A DNA stretch of 64,000 bases from Candidatus Multivoradales bacterium (GTDB lineage Bacteria; Acidobacteriota; Thermoanaerobaculia; Multivoradales; Multivoraceae). Shown here piece by piece: positions 39,660-49,379 of the stretch; the first letter of the stretch is position 1; each line of letters begins with the position of its first letter. The stretch is taken from positions 3,328,001-3,392,000 of the forward strand of contig CBDCWI010000002.1 of assembly GCA_965223325.1 (NCBI GenBank), given 5' to 3'. The notes under the pieces are model-generated. The model was not told the origin of the DNA. It worked only from the letters and a program-made list of their open reading frames with translations, and ran no database searches. The position numbers were made by a program, and so were the translations under genes.

Positions 39660-40246
39660 TACTTGGATGGCAACAGAGGGTGCGACACATCGACGTGGCC
39701 AGCGAAGGTCTCGGCCTGCGAACCGTTCCAGAGCAAGCTGAGGCGTTCGACGTCGTTCACGTTCTCGGTCACCGAATTGACCAGGCTGTAGACCGCCAGC
39801 AGCTCCCGACGCGAACCGGACTCATCGATGCCCCCTCCGAGATCGACCCAGGCAATCTTCTCCTCTGGATCGAAATGGATAGAGCGCAGCTGGGTATCGT
39901 GGGGCAGCGGCGCTTTGAGCACCGAGTTCTGCGGACCGGCGAGGATCTCGGAAACGATCTGGGCGATGCGCTCGCGCGGCGAGTCGACCTTGGCAACGAC
40001 CCGCTCCTCCGCGTAGAGCACTGCCCCCTGGCCGGGGAAGTAGAGCGTCACGGTATCGCCGTCGATGACTTGGGGAGCCGCGACCGGCGCTGGTTCACCG
40101 CTGTCGGCTAGCGACCCTCCCTCGACCGGCACTGGAGCCTCGTCGGAACACCCGCCGAGTGTGACCGTCACACTGAAAGCAACCACCACGAGCACCAGGG
40201 CCCAAGGTTGCTGCCGCTTGCCCCACCCCACCCAGCGCCGTGTCAC
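39644..40246 (-). CDS. GerMN-domain lipoprotein
   Basis: Lipobox LGGC; VTLYF, AGP, ELLAVYSLVNS and T.AGHVD motifs. Confidence 0.85.
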   Translation of the reverse strand: MTRRWVGWGKRQQPWALVLVVVAFSVTVTLGGCSDEAPVPVEGGSLADSGEPAPVAAPQVIDGDTVTLYFPGQGAVLYAEERVVAKVDSPRERIAQIVSEILAGPQNSVLKAPLPHDTQLRSIHFDPEEKIAWVDLGGGIDESGSRRELLAVYSLVNSVTENVNDVERLSLLWNGSQAETFAGHVDVSHPLLPSKYWVAR

Positions 40247-41814
40247 TCTCCCCCCCCGGGTGAGCTTCCGGAGGCCGGCGCACGGAATCGCTGAATCGCC
40301 GCAACCAGGGAATCGACCAACTGCAGTCGATAGGCAGGATCGAGCAACTTCTTCTCCTCGGCGGGGTTGCTCAGGAACCCCAGTTCCACCAGGACCGCCG
40401 GCATGGTGGCCCCCATCAGAACCCGAAACGGCGCCTGCTTGACACCGCGGTCTGGCAGCCCCAAGGCCTGGTTGAGTTCCTGCTGAATCAGCTTCGCCAG
40501 CTGCTGGCTACGCGCCAAGTGGCGGTTCTGCGCCAGGTCCCAGAGGATCAGCTGCAGGGCGTCGTCGTTCGCACCTCCCTGGTTTTCGAATGCGGCCGCA
40601 GTCGCCGCCGCTGAGTCGCTCGCCTCGGCGGACAGAAAGTAGGTCTCGGCACCACGCGCTCCACTCGACCAGGGCTCGGAGTTGAGATGGATCGAAACGA
40701 AGAGATCGGCCTGATGCTGATTGGCCAGCGCCGTTCGCGTCTCGTGGTCGACCTCCTCGTCGCCGTTGCGCGTCAACACCACCTCGACCGGCAGACGATC
40801 CTGAAGACGTGAGCGCAGGCGACGCGCGATCATCAAGGTCAGGTCTTTCTCGGCGGTTCCGCTACGCGCCACCGTTCCGTGCTCGCTGCCGCCGTGGCCG
40901 GGGTCGATCACGATCTTCATGCGCCCTCCACGCCGGCGGGGGGGCAGGAAGTTCGGCGTTTGCGCCGTGCTGGCGGTCGAGGCTGGCAATTGACGCAGCC
41001 CGCGCGAAACGTCGACCACCAGCTCGAAGGTGTCTTCTTTGTCGAGCTCGTAGGGAGCCGCAGCAGCAGCACCGTCGGCGAGAACGATTTCGAGCCGCGA
41101 GCGGTCGATGCGCAAGCCGCGGATCAAGGGGTCTTCGATGTTGGCCGGAACCTCGCCGGGCGTCAGCCGATCGCCCAGGAAAACCAGGACCATGGCGTCC
41201 TCTTCCTGCTCGACGCGATAGCGCGGCCGCTCTTCGAAAGAGAACAGGAGAGTGGTGATCCCGGCGGTGTGCACCCAATCGACATCGACGACCAGGTCCT
41301 GGCCCTCGCGTCGCGACACCTCGAGCCGGCGTTCGCCTTCGTCCCAGTCGAAACGGAAGCCGAGCATGTCGCCGTAGGTCTTGCGCAGGAAGTCGAGGGG
41401 AACCTCGAGCCCACCGGAGGACATCATGGGCTGTTGCGAAAGCGGCACGATCTCTTGGCCGACTGTCATCACGATGCTGTCGGGACCGACCACCATGCGG
41501 TCCTCGCCGAGCACCAGGGTGTGCCCCTGGCCGAGCGGCCCGATTTCGAGCTCCCCACCTAAGACCTCGACGATCGGCCGGAGGGAGAACAAGGGGCCGC
41601 GGTAGCCCAGGGCGTAGGAAATGCTCGATTCGCGATCGCGATAGTCGAGGACGGCAATCCCCGTACTCCGGATGCGCGGCTGGTCGTCGTCAGACGAGGC
41701 CGCTTCCTGCTGCTGCGCCTGAAGGTGCTGCCCAACCGGCATGCCGAGCACCAGGAGCAGGGCGACCACCAGGAACGGTCGCAGGAGCACGAGAAGAGAG
41801 CGGAGTTTCACCAC
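40243..41814 (-). CDS. N-acetylmuramoyl-L-alanine amidase (Amidase_3) with N-terminal AMIN-like regions
   Basis: IDPGHGG, EKDLTL, FVSIHLN, PAVLVELGFLSN. Confidence 0.93.
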   Translation of the reverse strand: MVKLRSLLVLLRPFLVVALLLVLGMPVGQHLQAQQQEAASSDDDQPRIRSTGIAVLDYRDRESSISYALGYRGPLFSLRPIVEVLGGELEIGPLGQGHTLVLGEDRMVVGPDSIVMTVGQEIVPLSQQPMMSSGGLEVPLDFLRKTYGDMLGFRFDWDEGERRLEVSRREGQDLVVDVDWVHTAGITTLLFSFEERPRYRVEQEEDAMVLVFLGDRLTPGEVPANIEDPLIRGLRIDRSRLEIVLADGAAAAAPYELDKEDTFELVVDVSRGLRQLPASTASTAQTPNFLPPRRRGGRMKIVIDPGHGGSEHGTVARSGTAEKDLTLMIARRLRSRLQDRLPVEVVLTRNGDEEVDHETRTALANQHQADLFVSIHLNSEPWSSGARGAETYFLSAEASDSAAATAAAFENQGGANDDALQLILWDLAQNRHLARSQQLAKLIQQELNQALGLPDRGVKQAPFRVLMGATMPAVLVELGFLSNPAEEKKLLDPAYRLQLVDSLVAAIQRFRAPASGSSPGGGE

Positions 41815-41925
41815 AGTGCTGGAAACGATATCTCAGCACAGACCCCCGGCGCGTCGCACTTGTTGCGGTCGACGGAACCGGGCCCGCAGCACTGAGCTAA
41901 GGGCCTGATAACAGAACGCGGAGAA

Positions 41926-42002
41926 TGGCGCACTCGGGAGGAGTCGAACCCCCAACCTTCGGATCCGTAGTCCGACGCTCTATCCAATTGAGCTACGAGT
42001 GC
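41926..42002 (-). tRNA. tRNA-Arg (ACG)
   Basis: GCACTCGTAGCTCAATTGGATAGAGC...CT-ACG-GA...GGTTCGACTCC...GAGTGCGCCA. Confidence 0.97.
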
Positions 42003-42182
42003 CTACCGAGACCTGCTCGCGATGGATTCTCGCGCCCTCTAGTGGGCGGATGGCCGGGAAGCCGTGCCGCGCTCCAACGGAGAGCGGCCGTCTCGTACCG
42101 GCTGAGAATCGAAGCACGGATGGTAGCCCAAAAAGGCCCTCGGGACCAGACCAGCGACAAGCGGCTCATCGCACCTCCGTCT

Positions 42183-44801
42183 TCAACCACCTTGCAGTGT
42201 AGTGGCGGGATCGACGCGACTGGCCCGGTAGGCCGGTGCAAAGGTCGCCGCCATGGCGACGACGACCAGCGTCACAGCAGCCACCAGGTAGCTCAGTGGG
42301 TCCCGCGGATCCACTCCGTACAGAAAGCGCGCCAGCAGGAACGAAGCGCCGAGCGCCAGCACGATTCCGGCGACGATCCCTGCCGAGACCAGGCCGAACC
42401 CGTTGCCGAGAACTGAAAGCACCAGGTCACGCCGGCCGGCCCCCAGTGCGAGGCGGAGCCCGTACTCCGGACGGCGGCGGCTGACGCGATAGGAGACCAC
42501 CCCGTAGACCCCCACTGCCCCGATGACCAATGCCATCAGGCTGAACAGTCCGAGAAAGAAACGCAGCCGGAGAGGCTCAGCGAGGTGTGATTCCAGAACC
42601 TCTTCCATCGTCATCGGGCGTGCCAGGGCAACGCGGGAATCAATCTCTCTGGCGTGGTCACGCACGAGCGACAGCGCCGCCTGAGGTTTCTTGGTAGCGC
42701 GCACCAGCAAGGTCGCCGAAGACCAGGGTTGCACCTGCGCCAGTGGTCGATAGATCACGCTGCTCGGTCCCTCGCGCACACTGTCGTGACTGACCCCATC
42801 GACCACACCGACGATTTCGATCCAATCCTGATACTGGAAGCCGAGTTTCACCCGCTTGCCAACCGCAGACTCACCAGGCCAGAGCTTCTCGGCGAAATCG
42901 ATCCCCATCAGCGCAACCTGCGTCGTGTCTTCGCGATCACGCGCGTCCAGCCAGCGCCCGTCTTGAAGCTCGATGCCCAGGGTCTTGAAATAGTCGGGCG
43001 ACACGTAGCGCCACTTGCTGTTCGGGCGTTGGGCCCCGACCAGATCGGCGCGCCCTTCGGCCTCGATTGGACCCTGCACTCCCTGGTCGCGCAGGGGCAC
43101 ACGGTTGACCACCGCGGCGGCAGAGACCTCGGCGCTGGCGGTCACAGCTTCGATCAGGCGCATGAAGAAGGCCCGCCGCTCTCGGGGTTCGAGCTCGGCG
43201 TCGGCGAGGAAGAGATCGACCATCGCCACCCCTTCGGGGTCAAAGCCCGGGTCGAGACGGTAGAGCTCCACCACGCTACGCCCGAGCAACGTCGCACAGA
43301 TGACCAAAAGCGCGGCGATCGCAACCTCCCCGACGATCAGCGAGTGCTGTAGACGGCCGCGCGCCGAGCCGAGCAAGCCACGCGTGTTGAGCGGCCCCGA
43401 CGACACCCGTCGCCGCCACAATCCGCGGATGGGAGCCAGGGCCACGAGCAGGGCAACGAAGGGGGTGAGCACGAGGGTCGCTACGACCATTCGCCAGTCA
43501 AAGGCCAGGGTTTGATCGAAGCCGCCAGGAAGCGGCAGGCGTTCGACAATCGCACGGTAAGCGACCAGCGCCAGCGAGAGCCCGAAGACCGACGACACGA
43601 TGCCCAGAACCAGGCTTTCGGTCAACAGCTGGCGCGACAGCCTGAAACGGCCAGCGCCCATTGCCTTCCTGATCTCGAGCTCGCCCAGACGATCTGACAT
43701 GCGGGCCAGAAAGAGTGCCGCGACGTTGGTCGAAGCCATCAGCAGAAGAAGCGCCACCGCAGCAAAGAGAAGGAGCAACGCCGGCCGCACGGCCCCGAGC
43801 AGGTAGGTACGAATCGGTACCGTGAAGTACCCCAACGTTTTGTCCCACGCCTCTGGGTAGTGGAACTTCTCGCCAAGAGGGCCGACGAAACGGTCGAGAT
43901 CATGCGCCGCCTGCTCTTCTGATATGCCCTCTGCCAGCCGGCCGAGGATCACCAGCCAGTGGTTGTGGGCGTAGTCGGAGTCGGCGGCATCGACCACCAG
44001 CGGGCGCCAGAGGTCAACCTCAGGACTGGGAAAATAGAAACCCCGGGGCATCACCCCGATGACCGTTACCGTTTCGGCATCGAGCTCGATTTGACTCCCG
44101 ACGATGTCTTCTCGCGAGGCGTACTCACGGCGCCAGAAATCAAAGCTCAGGATGGCCACTGGCGGTGCCGCCAGGCGCTCTTCATCGCGCCGCAACAAGC
44201 GCCCGCGGAGCGGAGTCGCACCGAGGACCGAGAACGTATCGCCCGACACCAGCCCGACGTGGACCATCGACGTACGATCGCCGTTTCGGAGCGTCTGGCC
44301 GTCGTCGCTGTAGGCGGCAAGTGTCTCGTAGCTCGGCAAGTTCTCGCGCACGAAATCGAACTCCGCAGCGCTCCAGCCGTAGTCAGCCCAGAAGACCCGC
44401 ACACGCTCAGAGTCTTCGTAGGGCAGGGCCCGCAGCAACAGACCGTATACGGCGCTGCCGAGAGCCACAGTTCCACCGACCCCGAGGGCAAGGGTCAGAA
44501 CTGCTACCAGGGCGAAGCTCTTCTGCCTGGTCAGGTGACGGAACGCAAAGCGTGTGTCGCTGGTGAGCTCATCGAAGAACCGAACCCCCCAGGCCGTGCG
44601 CGCCGCATCTTTGTGGCGCCCGACGCGCCCGAAGCGCTCGAGGGCTTCGCGTTCGGCAGTCTTCGGTTCGACGCCGGCGGCAATCTGTTTGCTGGTCTCG
44701 CGATCGATGTGGAACTGCATCTCCTCGTCGAGCTCGCGCTCCATCGCCGTGCGCCGAAAGAGCGCCCGCAGGCGGAACCACCAACCGGTTTCTTCTTTCA
44801 T
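42183..44801 (-). CDS. ADOP-type duplicated MacB/FtsX ABC permease
   Basis: Permease prefix domain (ELDEEMQFHI...ARxAWG); TLALGVG; two FtsX halves with IRxAxGA motifs; PATTLQ end. Confidence 0.92.
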   Translation of the reverse strand: MKEETGWWFRLRALFRRTAMERELDEEMQFHIDRETSKQIAAGVEPKTAEREALERFGRVGRHKDAARTAWGVRFFDELTSDTRFAFRHLTRQKSFALVAVLTLALGVGGTVALGSAVYGLLLRALPYEDSERVRVFWADYGWSAAEFDFVRENLPSYETLAAYSDDGQTLRNGDRTSMVHVGLVSGDTFSVLGATPLRGRLLRRDEERLAAPPVAILSFDFWRREYASREDIVGSQIELDAETVTVIGVMPRGFYFPSPEVDLWRPLVVDAADSDYAHNHWLVILGRLAEGISEEQAAHDLDRFVGPLGEKFHYPEAWDKTLGYFTVPIRTYLLGAVRPALLLLFAAVALLLLMASTNVAALFLARMSDRLGELEIRKAMGAGRFRLSRQLLTESLVLGIVSSVFGLSLALVAYRAIVERLPLPGGFDQTLAFDWRMVVATLVLTPFVALLVALAPIRGLWRRRVSSGPLNTRGLLGSARGRLQHSLIVGEVAIAALLVICATLLGRSVVELYRLDPGFDPEGVAMVDLFLADAELEPRERRAFFMRLIEAVTASAEVSAAAVVNRVPLRDQGVQGPIEAEGRADLVGAQRPNSKWRYVSPDYFKTLGIELQDGRWLDARDREDTTQVALMGIDFAEKLWPGESAVGKRVKLGFQYQDWIEIVGVVDGVSHDSVREGPSSVIYRPLAQVQPWSSATLLVRATKKPQAALSLVRDHAREIDSRVALARPMTMEEVLESHLAEPLRLRFFLGLFSLMALVIGAVGVYGVVSYRVSRRRPEYGLRLALGAGRRDLVLSVLGNGFGLVSAGIVAGIVLALGASFLLARFLYGVDPRDPLSYLVAAVTLVVVAMAATFAPAYRASRVDPATTLQGG

Positions 44802-44813
44802 CGCGAGTTCCTC

Positions 44814-45164
44814 CTATGAAGGCACTGGCTCGCTGCGCAGGATCTGGTTGACGCCGCCCGACAGCCGCTCCCAGTGGGACGCCTCGCGTTCCAGCTGGTT
44901 GCGGCCCCGACGCGTCAACCGATAGAGGCGGGCGCGGCGGGCGTTCTCGGTCGTCGCCCAGCTCGACGCCAGGAAGCCTTGGGCCGTCAAACGGTGAAGC
45001 GCCGGGTAGAGCGATCCCTGGTTGACCTTCAACACATCGCCGGAGATCTGCTGGATGCGCTCGGAGATGCCCCAGCCGTGCATGGGCTCGAGCGATACCA
45101 CCTTGAGGATCAGGAGATCCATGGTGCCTTGAATCATGTCGGGACGAGGCGCTCTGCGGGCCAT
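44814..45164 (-). CDS. PadR-family regulator (acidobacterial type)
   Basis: QGTMDLLIL, HGWGI, GSLYPALHRL, ENARRARLY.LT. Confidence 0.93.
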   Translation of the reverse strand: MARRAPRPDMIQGTMDLLILKVVSLEPMHGWGISERIQQISGDVLKVNQGSLYPALHRLTAQGFLASSWATTENARRARLYRLTRRGRNQLEREASHWERLSGGVNQILRSEPVPS

Positions 45165-45176
45165 CGCTAGACCTTT

Positions 45177-45234
45177 CTCTCGACTATCTAGAGGAGCGAG
45201 GAGGATGACTCAAGCTCCTCTCGATTGTCAAGGG
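45177..45234. promoter_or_regulatory. Two quasi-palindromic PadR-type operators; one overlaps TTGACA
   Basis: CTCTCGACTATCTAGAG (45177-45193) and CTCTCGATTGTCAAGGG (45218-45234). Confidence 0.65.
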
Positions 45235-45332
45235 GAAGGCGGTGAGCAGCCCCGGACTTGCGCTAGAGACCGGGACCCCGCCACACTCGAGGCACCGACA
45301 GAAGTGATTTCGATCGACCTCCGGAGGCAACC

Positions 45333-46421
45333 ATGGCCCACCGATCCGTAACCCAGAGCACCCTCGTCGCTCTCCTCGTGGCAGCCGCTCCGCTCTCCTG
45401 CCCCGCAACCAGCGCCGCCCAGGCCAGCGAAACCACCAACGCCATTCCCCGAACCGCCGACGGCCGACCCGACCTCTCCGGCACCTACGACATCGCCAGC
45501 CTGACACCCTTTGAGCGCGATCCGAAGTATGGGGATCAGCTGTTTCTGACACCTGAAGAGGCAAGGAGAATCGACGAGGCCGCAGCGGCCGCGATGGCGG
45601 TCGCCAACAGTGCCAGCGATCCCGATCGCGGCGCACCGCCTGCTGGCGGCGACGGCTCAACAGGCGCCTCCGGCAAGGTCGGCGGCTACAACGCCTTCTG
45701 GGTCGACCCGGGCACCGCCACCCTGCCCATCGACGGCAAGTTCCGCACCTCGATCCTCACCGATCCCCCGAACGGCCGCCTGCCACCTTTGACCGAGGCC
45801 GGAAAAGCCCGCCGCGCGCTCATCAACCCCTACTCCAACCCCAACACCGGCGACGCCTGGTGGCTCGAAACCGGTGACGACCCCTACGACGGGCCCGAGA
45901 GCCTCTCGCTGCTCGATCGCTGCCTCTACGTCGGCGGCGCGAGCGTGCCAATGCGGCCGGTGCTCTATAACAACGTCAAGACCATCGTGCAGAGCCCCGA
46001 CCACGTCGTCATCAACATCGAGTGGATGCACTGGGCGCGCATCGTGCGCATCGACGGCGAGCACCCGCCGTCCGACATCCGCTCCCTCGGCGGCTACTCC
46101 GTCGGTACCTGGGAGGGCGAAACCCTGGTCGTCGAGACCAGGAACTTCCTCGCTCGCCCGGGAGTGCCGCGTGACCTGCGGGTCATCGAACGTTTCTCGC
46201 GGCTCGACGCCGAAACGCTGCTCTACCAATTCACCGTCGAAGATCCCGACTACGAGGTGCCCTACAGCGGCGAACTCCCGATGCCCGAGACGAGCGGCAA
46301 GCTCTACGAGTACGCCTGTCACGAAGGCAACTACGCGATGGGCAACATCCTGCGCGGCGCGCGTCTCCTCGAAAAAGAGGCGCTGGCAGCCAACAAAGCA
46401 GAAGAAGAAGACGCGAAGTAG
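45333..46421 (+). CDS. Conserved hypothetical secreted protein (DGRPDLSG...EYACHEGNY family)
   Basis: GGAGG RBS; signal peptide; family motifs DPPNGRLP, GxWEGxTLVVET, YACHEGN. Confidence 0.85.
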   Translation: MAHRSVTQSTLVALLVAAAPLSCPATSAAQASETTNAIPRTADGRPDLSGTYDIASLTPFERDPKYGDQLFLTPEEARRIDEAAAAAMAVANSASDPDRGAPPAGGDGSTGASGKVGGYNAFWVDPGTATLPIDGKFRTSILTDPPNGRLPPLTEAGKARRALINPYSNPNTGDAWWLETGDDPYDGPESLSLLDRCLYVGGASVPMRPVLYNNVKTIVQSPDHVVINIEWMHWARIVRIDGEHPPSDIRSLGGYSVGTWEGETLVVETRNFLARPGVPRDLRVIERFSRLDAETLLYQFTVEDPDYEVPYSGELPMPETSGKLYEYACHEGNYAMGNILRGARLLEKEALAANKAEEEDAK

Positions 46422-46435
46422 ACGAGGGAGAACGC

Positions 46436-47416
46436 CTAGGCGTTCACATCAACCACCAGGCGACCGCGAACGCGGCCGGCGAGCTGCTCGCTGGCGGTCG
46501 CGATGACCTCACCGAGCCCGATCTCGGCGGTCATCGCATCGAGCGCCGCTGGATCCAGGTCTTCTGCCAGGCGGTTCCAGGCCTGGATACGGAGCGGCTT
46601 GGGGCATTGCACACTGTCAACACCTGCCAGGGTCACACCGCGCAGGATGAACGGCATCACCGTCGCCGGCAGGTCCATTCCCTGTGCCAGGCCACATGCC
46701 GCCACCACGCCACCGTACTTCGTTGCCGCCAGCACGTTGGCCAAGGTGTGACTGCCCACCGCATCGACCGCGCCAGCCCAGCGCTCTTTGGCCAGTGGCC
46801 GCCCCTTCTCCGACAATTCGTTGCGGTCGAGAATCTCTGCCGCGCCGAGACCTTTGAGGTAGTCCGCCAACTGAGTGCGACCGGTCGAGGCGACCACCTG
46901 GTAGCCGCGCTTGGCAAGGAGCGCCGTCGCCACGCTCCCCACACCGCCGGCAGCACCGGTCACCAGCACCTCGCCGTCGTCGGGCGAGACTCCGCCGCGC
47001 TCGAGGGCGAGCACGCACAGCATGGCGGTGTAGCCCGCCGTCCCAATCGCCATTGCCTGGCGCGTCGTAAACGCTTCCGGCAGCGACACCAGCCAGTCAC
47101 CGCGCACGCTCGCAAGCCCCGTCATGCCACCCCAGTGGAGCTCGCCAACTCCCCAGCCGTTGAGCACCACCCGATCACCCTTCTTGAAGTCGCCATGGGA
47201 ACTCTCTTCGACCGTACCCGCCAGATCGATGCCCGGAACCATCGGGAAGGTGCGCACCACCGGCGAGGCACCGGTAATCGCCAGGCTGTCTTTGTAGTTG
47301 AGAGTCGAATAGTCGACCTTCACCTGGACGTCGCCGTCAGGGAGGTCGGTGGCCTCGATGTCGGTGAGCTCGGCGTGGCTTCCGTCTTCGCTCTTCGTGA
47401 TCAGGATGGCTTTCAT
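46436..47416 (-). CDS. acuI: Acrylyl-CoA reductase / YhdH-type MDR oxidoreductase
   Basis: [42 protein letters not shown]. Confidence 0.88.
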   Translation of the reverse strand: MKAILITKSEDGSHAELTDIEATDLPDGDVQVKVDYSTLNYKDSLAITGASPVVRTFPMVPGIDLAGTVEESSHGDFKKGDRVVLNGWGVGELHWGGMTGLASVRGDWLVSLPEAFTTRQAMAIGTAGYTAMLCVLALERGGVSPDDGEVLVTGAAGGVGSVATALLAKRGYQVVASTGRTQLADYLKGLGAAEILDRNELSEKGRPLAKERWAGAVDAVGSHTLANVLAATKYGGVVAACGLAQGMDLPATVMPFILRGVTLAGVDSVQCPKPLRIQAWNRLAEDLDPAALDAMTAEIGLGEVIATASEQLAGRVRGRLVVDVNA

Positions 47417-47494
47417 TCTCTTTTTTCTCAGGTCTGTGCTCGTGTTCGGGCCGCAGAGTACACCTCCGGGCCGCGAACTGTAGGCTCAGAAGCG

Positions 47495-48748
47495 ATGACG
47501 CGACCCAGAGCCTCAGCCACCGCTCCCTGGAGGGAGATTCTCCTCTTCGCCAGCGCACTCGCCCTACTTGGCCTATGGAGCCTCGCCTGGGCCAGAAAAC
47601 CCGACACCGTCGAATTCATGCTGGCACTCCTCACCCGCCCCAGAACGCTTGCCGTCATCGCCGGCCTCCACCTCGTCGCCCTCGGCCTCGTCATCACTCG
47701 AGCCGCCGCCGCACCCGCAAGTCGCAAGCGAACCGCACAGCTCGCCGGCCTGTGCGCGCTGGGCGTTGTGACGGCTGCTGCCACCGTCAACACCGCCAAA
47801 CAGAGCCTCCTCCTCCAGGGCAGCGACCTCCTGAGCGAGAAGCTGCGCCAGTACGACCGCATCGCCGAAGACGTCGACACCGTCTTCCTGGGCTCCAGTC
47901 GCATCTACCGGCACTTCGATCCCAACGTTTACGACGAAACGCGAAAGGCCCTCGGCTCTCCGGGGCTCTCCTTCAACCTCGGCGTCCCCGACATGCGCAT
48001 GCTCGAGGCCCTGCACATCGCCGAGTGGCTCTTCGAGCGCTCCACCGCTATCAAGACCCTCATCGTAGAAGTCGAACCCAACCCCTTGGAGCTCCCCGAG
48101 TGGAACCGCCGCGCCGCGCGCACCGTCGCCTGGCACGACCAAGCCGCCATGGCGCGCATCCGCCGCGGAATCCAATCGCTCCCCGAGAAAGATCGCACCG
48201 CGGTACTCGCCGCCCACCTCGAGCCCTTCCAGCGCAACCAGGCCGCCACCGGGCGCGCCCTCAACGCCCTAGGCCCCAGAAGCGACAAGCCGCGAATCGA
48301 CCCGAAGCAGCGCGGCTACCAGTCCCTCGAACAGAACCGACTGGAGCCCATCTCCCCGGAGGAGGCCCAGGAACTCGAACAACGCTGGAACCGCCTTCAC
48401 CAACGCCCCGGCCGCTGGCAACAAACCCTCGCCGAACTCAGAAGAACCGAAGCAGCGGCCACCGTCACCGACCCCTTCGAACTCGAACTCTTCGCCGAAC
48501 TAGAAGGCCTCGCCAAAGCCAACAACGCCAAACTCATCTGGCTCATCTCACCGAGCCCACGACGCCGCCCCAATATCATCGCCGCCCACCAACAAGGCGT
48601 CGTCAAGACCCTCCTACGCTTCGACGACCCCAAGAAGTACCCAGACTTCTACCAGGCCAACGGCCGCTACGACCGCCACCATCTGAACAGCGAGATGGCC
48701 AAGCGCATCACCCGCCTGGTCGCCGCCGAGCTAGGTGCCGCACCCTAG
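47495..48748 (+). CDS. Membrane-anchored SGNH/DltD-like protein
   Basis: Three N-terminal TMs; FLGSSR (Ser), FNLG, DRHHLN (DxxH). Confidence 0.7.
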   Translation: MTRPRASATAPWREILLFASALALLGLWSLAWARKPDTVEFMLALLTRPRTLAVIAGLHLVALGLVITRAAAAPASRKRTAQLAGLCALGVVTAAATVNTAKQSLLLQGSDLLSEKLRQYDRIAEDVDTVFLGSSRIYRHFDPNVYDETRKALGSPGLSFNLGVPDMRMLEALHIAEWLFERSTAIKTLIVEVEPNPLELPEWNRRAARTVAWHDQAAMARIRRGIQSLPEKDRTAVLAAHLEPFQRNQAATGRALNALGPRSDKPRIDPKQRGYQSLEQNRLEPISPEEAQELEQRWNRLHQRPGRWQQTLAELRRTEAAATVTDPFELELFAELEGLAKANNAKLIWLISPSPRRRPNIIAAHQQGVVKTLLRFDDPKKYPDFYQANGRYDRHHLNSEMAKRITRLVAAELGAAP

Positions 48749-48939
48749 GACTCACCGGGGGACAATCGCCCTGGCCCTCGAGACGGCGCGGACTGCTTCG
48801 CCGGCAGACCTATTCGCAACCGGCTTTGCCGATTCCAGCACTTCGGTACCCTTGACGCCCCCCAACAGGGATAGGAATAGGCATCCTCCATCGGAAAGCG
48901 CTCGCGTGTTAGTCGCCGCCGCTAGCCACTTTCATTATT

Positions 48940-49155
48940 GGGCTCTTCAGGATCTGTGGCGGGTGAAGGAAGTCGCACCTCCCTCTACAAGGACGGCCGG
49001 AACCCGGGTGAGGAAGCGCGAGGTGAGCCCAAGCTCCTGTTGGCGTTGGACTTGCCTGTACCGAAAGCCTGTGGCGAGCGCTGGATCGCGTGACGTGCGC
49101 AGCCTTCCCACCCAGGATCTGGGCTACGCTACGTACCACAGATCCTGAAGAGCCC
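48940..49155. mobile_element. Non-autonomous 216-bp IS derivative (MITE) with perfect 20-bp TIRs
   Basis: GGGCTCTTCAGGATCTGTGG at 48940-48959 and its exact reverse complement at 49136-49155; no TSD visible. Confidence 0.8.
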
Positions 49156-49156
49156 G

Positions 49157-49374
49157 CACACCTTCATTGCGGGTCGTTTCGTCAGTGAAGCTGGCGTATC
49201 GAACTGCGGTGACCGCCGCACCTGTTGTAACGGAAACAACATGCTGTCTCTTTCTGTGAGTGTCGTCGCAGCGTTTCGTGCCAGCAGCAGACCGCCACCG
49301 CAACTGCCGCCTGCAAAACGAACTGCGAAACAGTGTTTGAGTGCGCGGGTGCTCCTGACCCCTACCTCGGATAA
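49157..49374 (+). pseudogene. 5'-truncated, frameshifted Cys-rich CDS fragment
   Basis: Frame A ...NCGDRRTCCNG shifts to frame B KQHAVSFCECRRSVSC...ACKTNCETVFEC...YLG*; begins at the MITE edge. Confidence 0.45.
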
Positions 49375-49379
49375 GTTCA

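Noticed and set aside
46436-47416. acuI as evidence of a DMSP catabolism cluster
   Set aside because: No ddd or dmd genes nearby; AcuI/YhdH is widespread on its own.
46607-47494. N-terminal 296 aa of the 713-aa ORF
   Set aside because: Antisense to acuI; the real gene starts at ATG 47495 after a -10 box.
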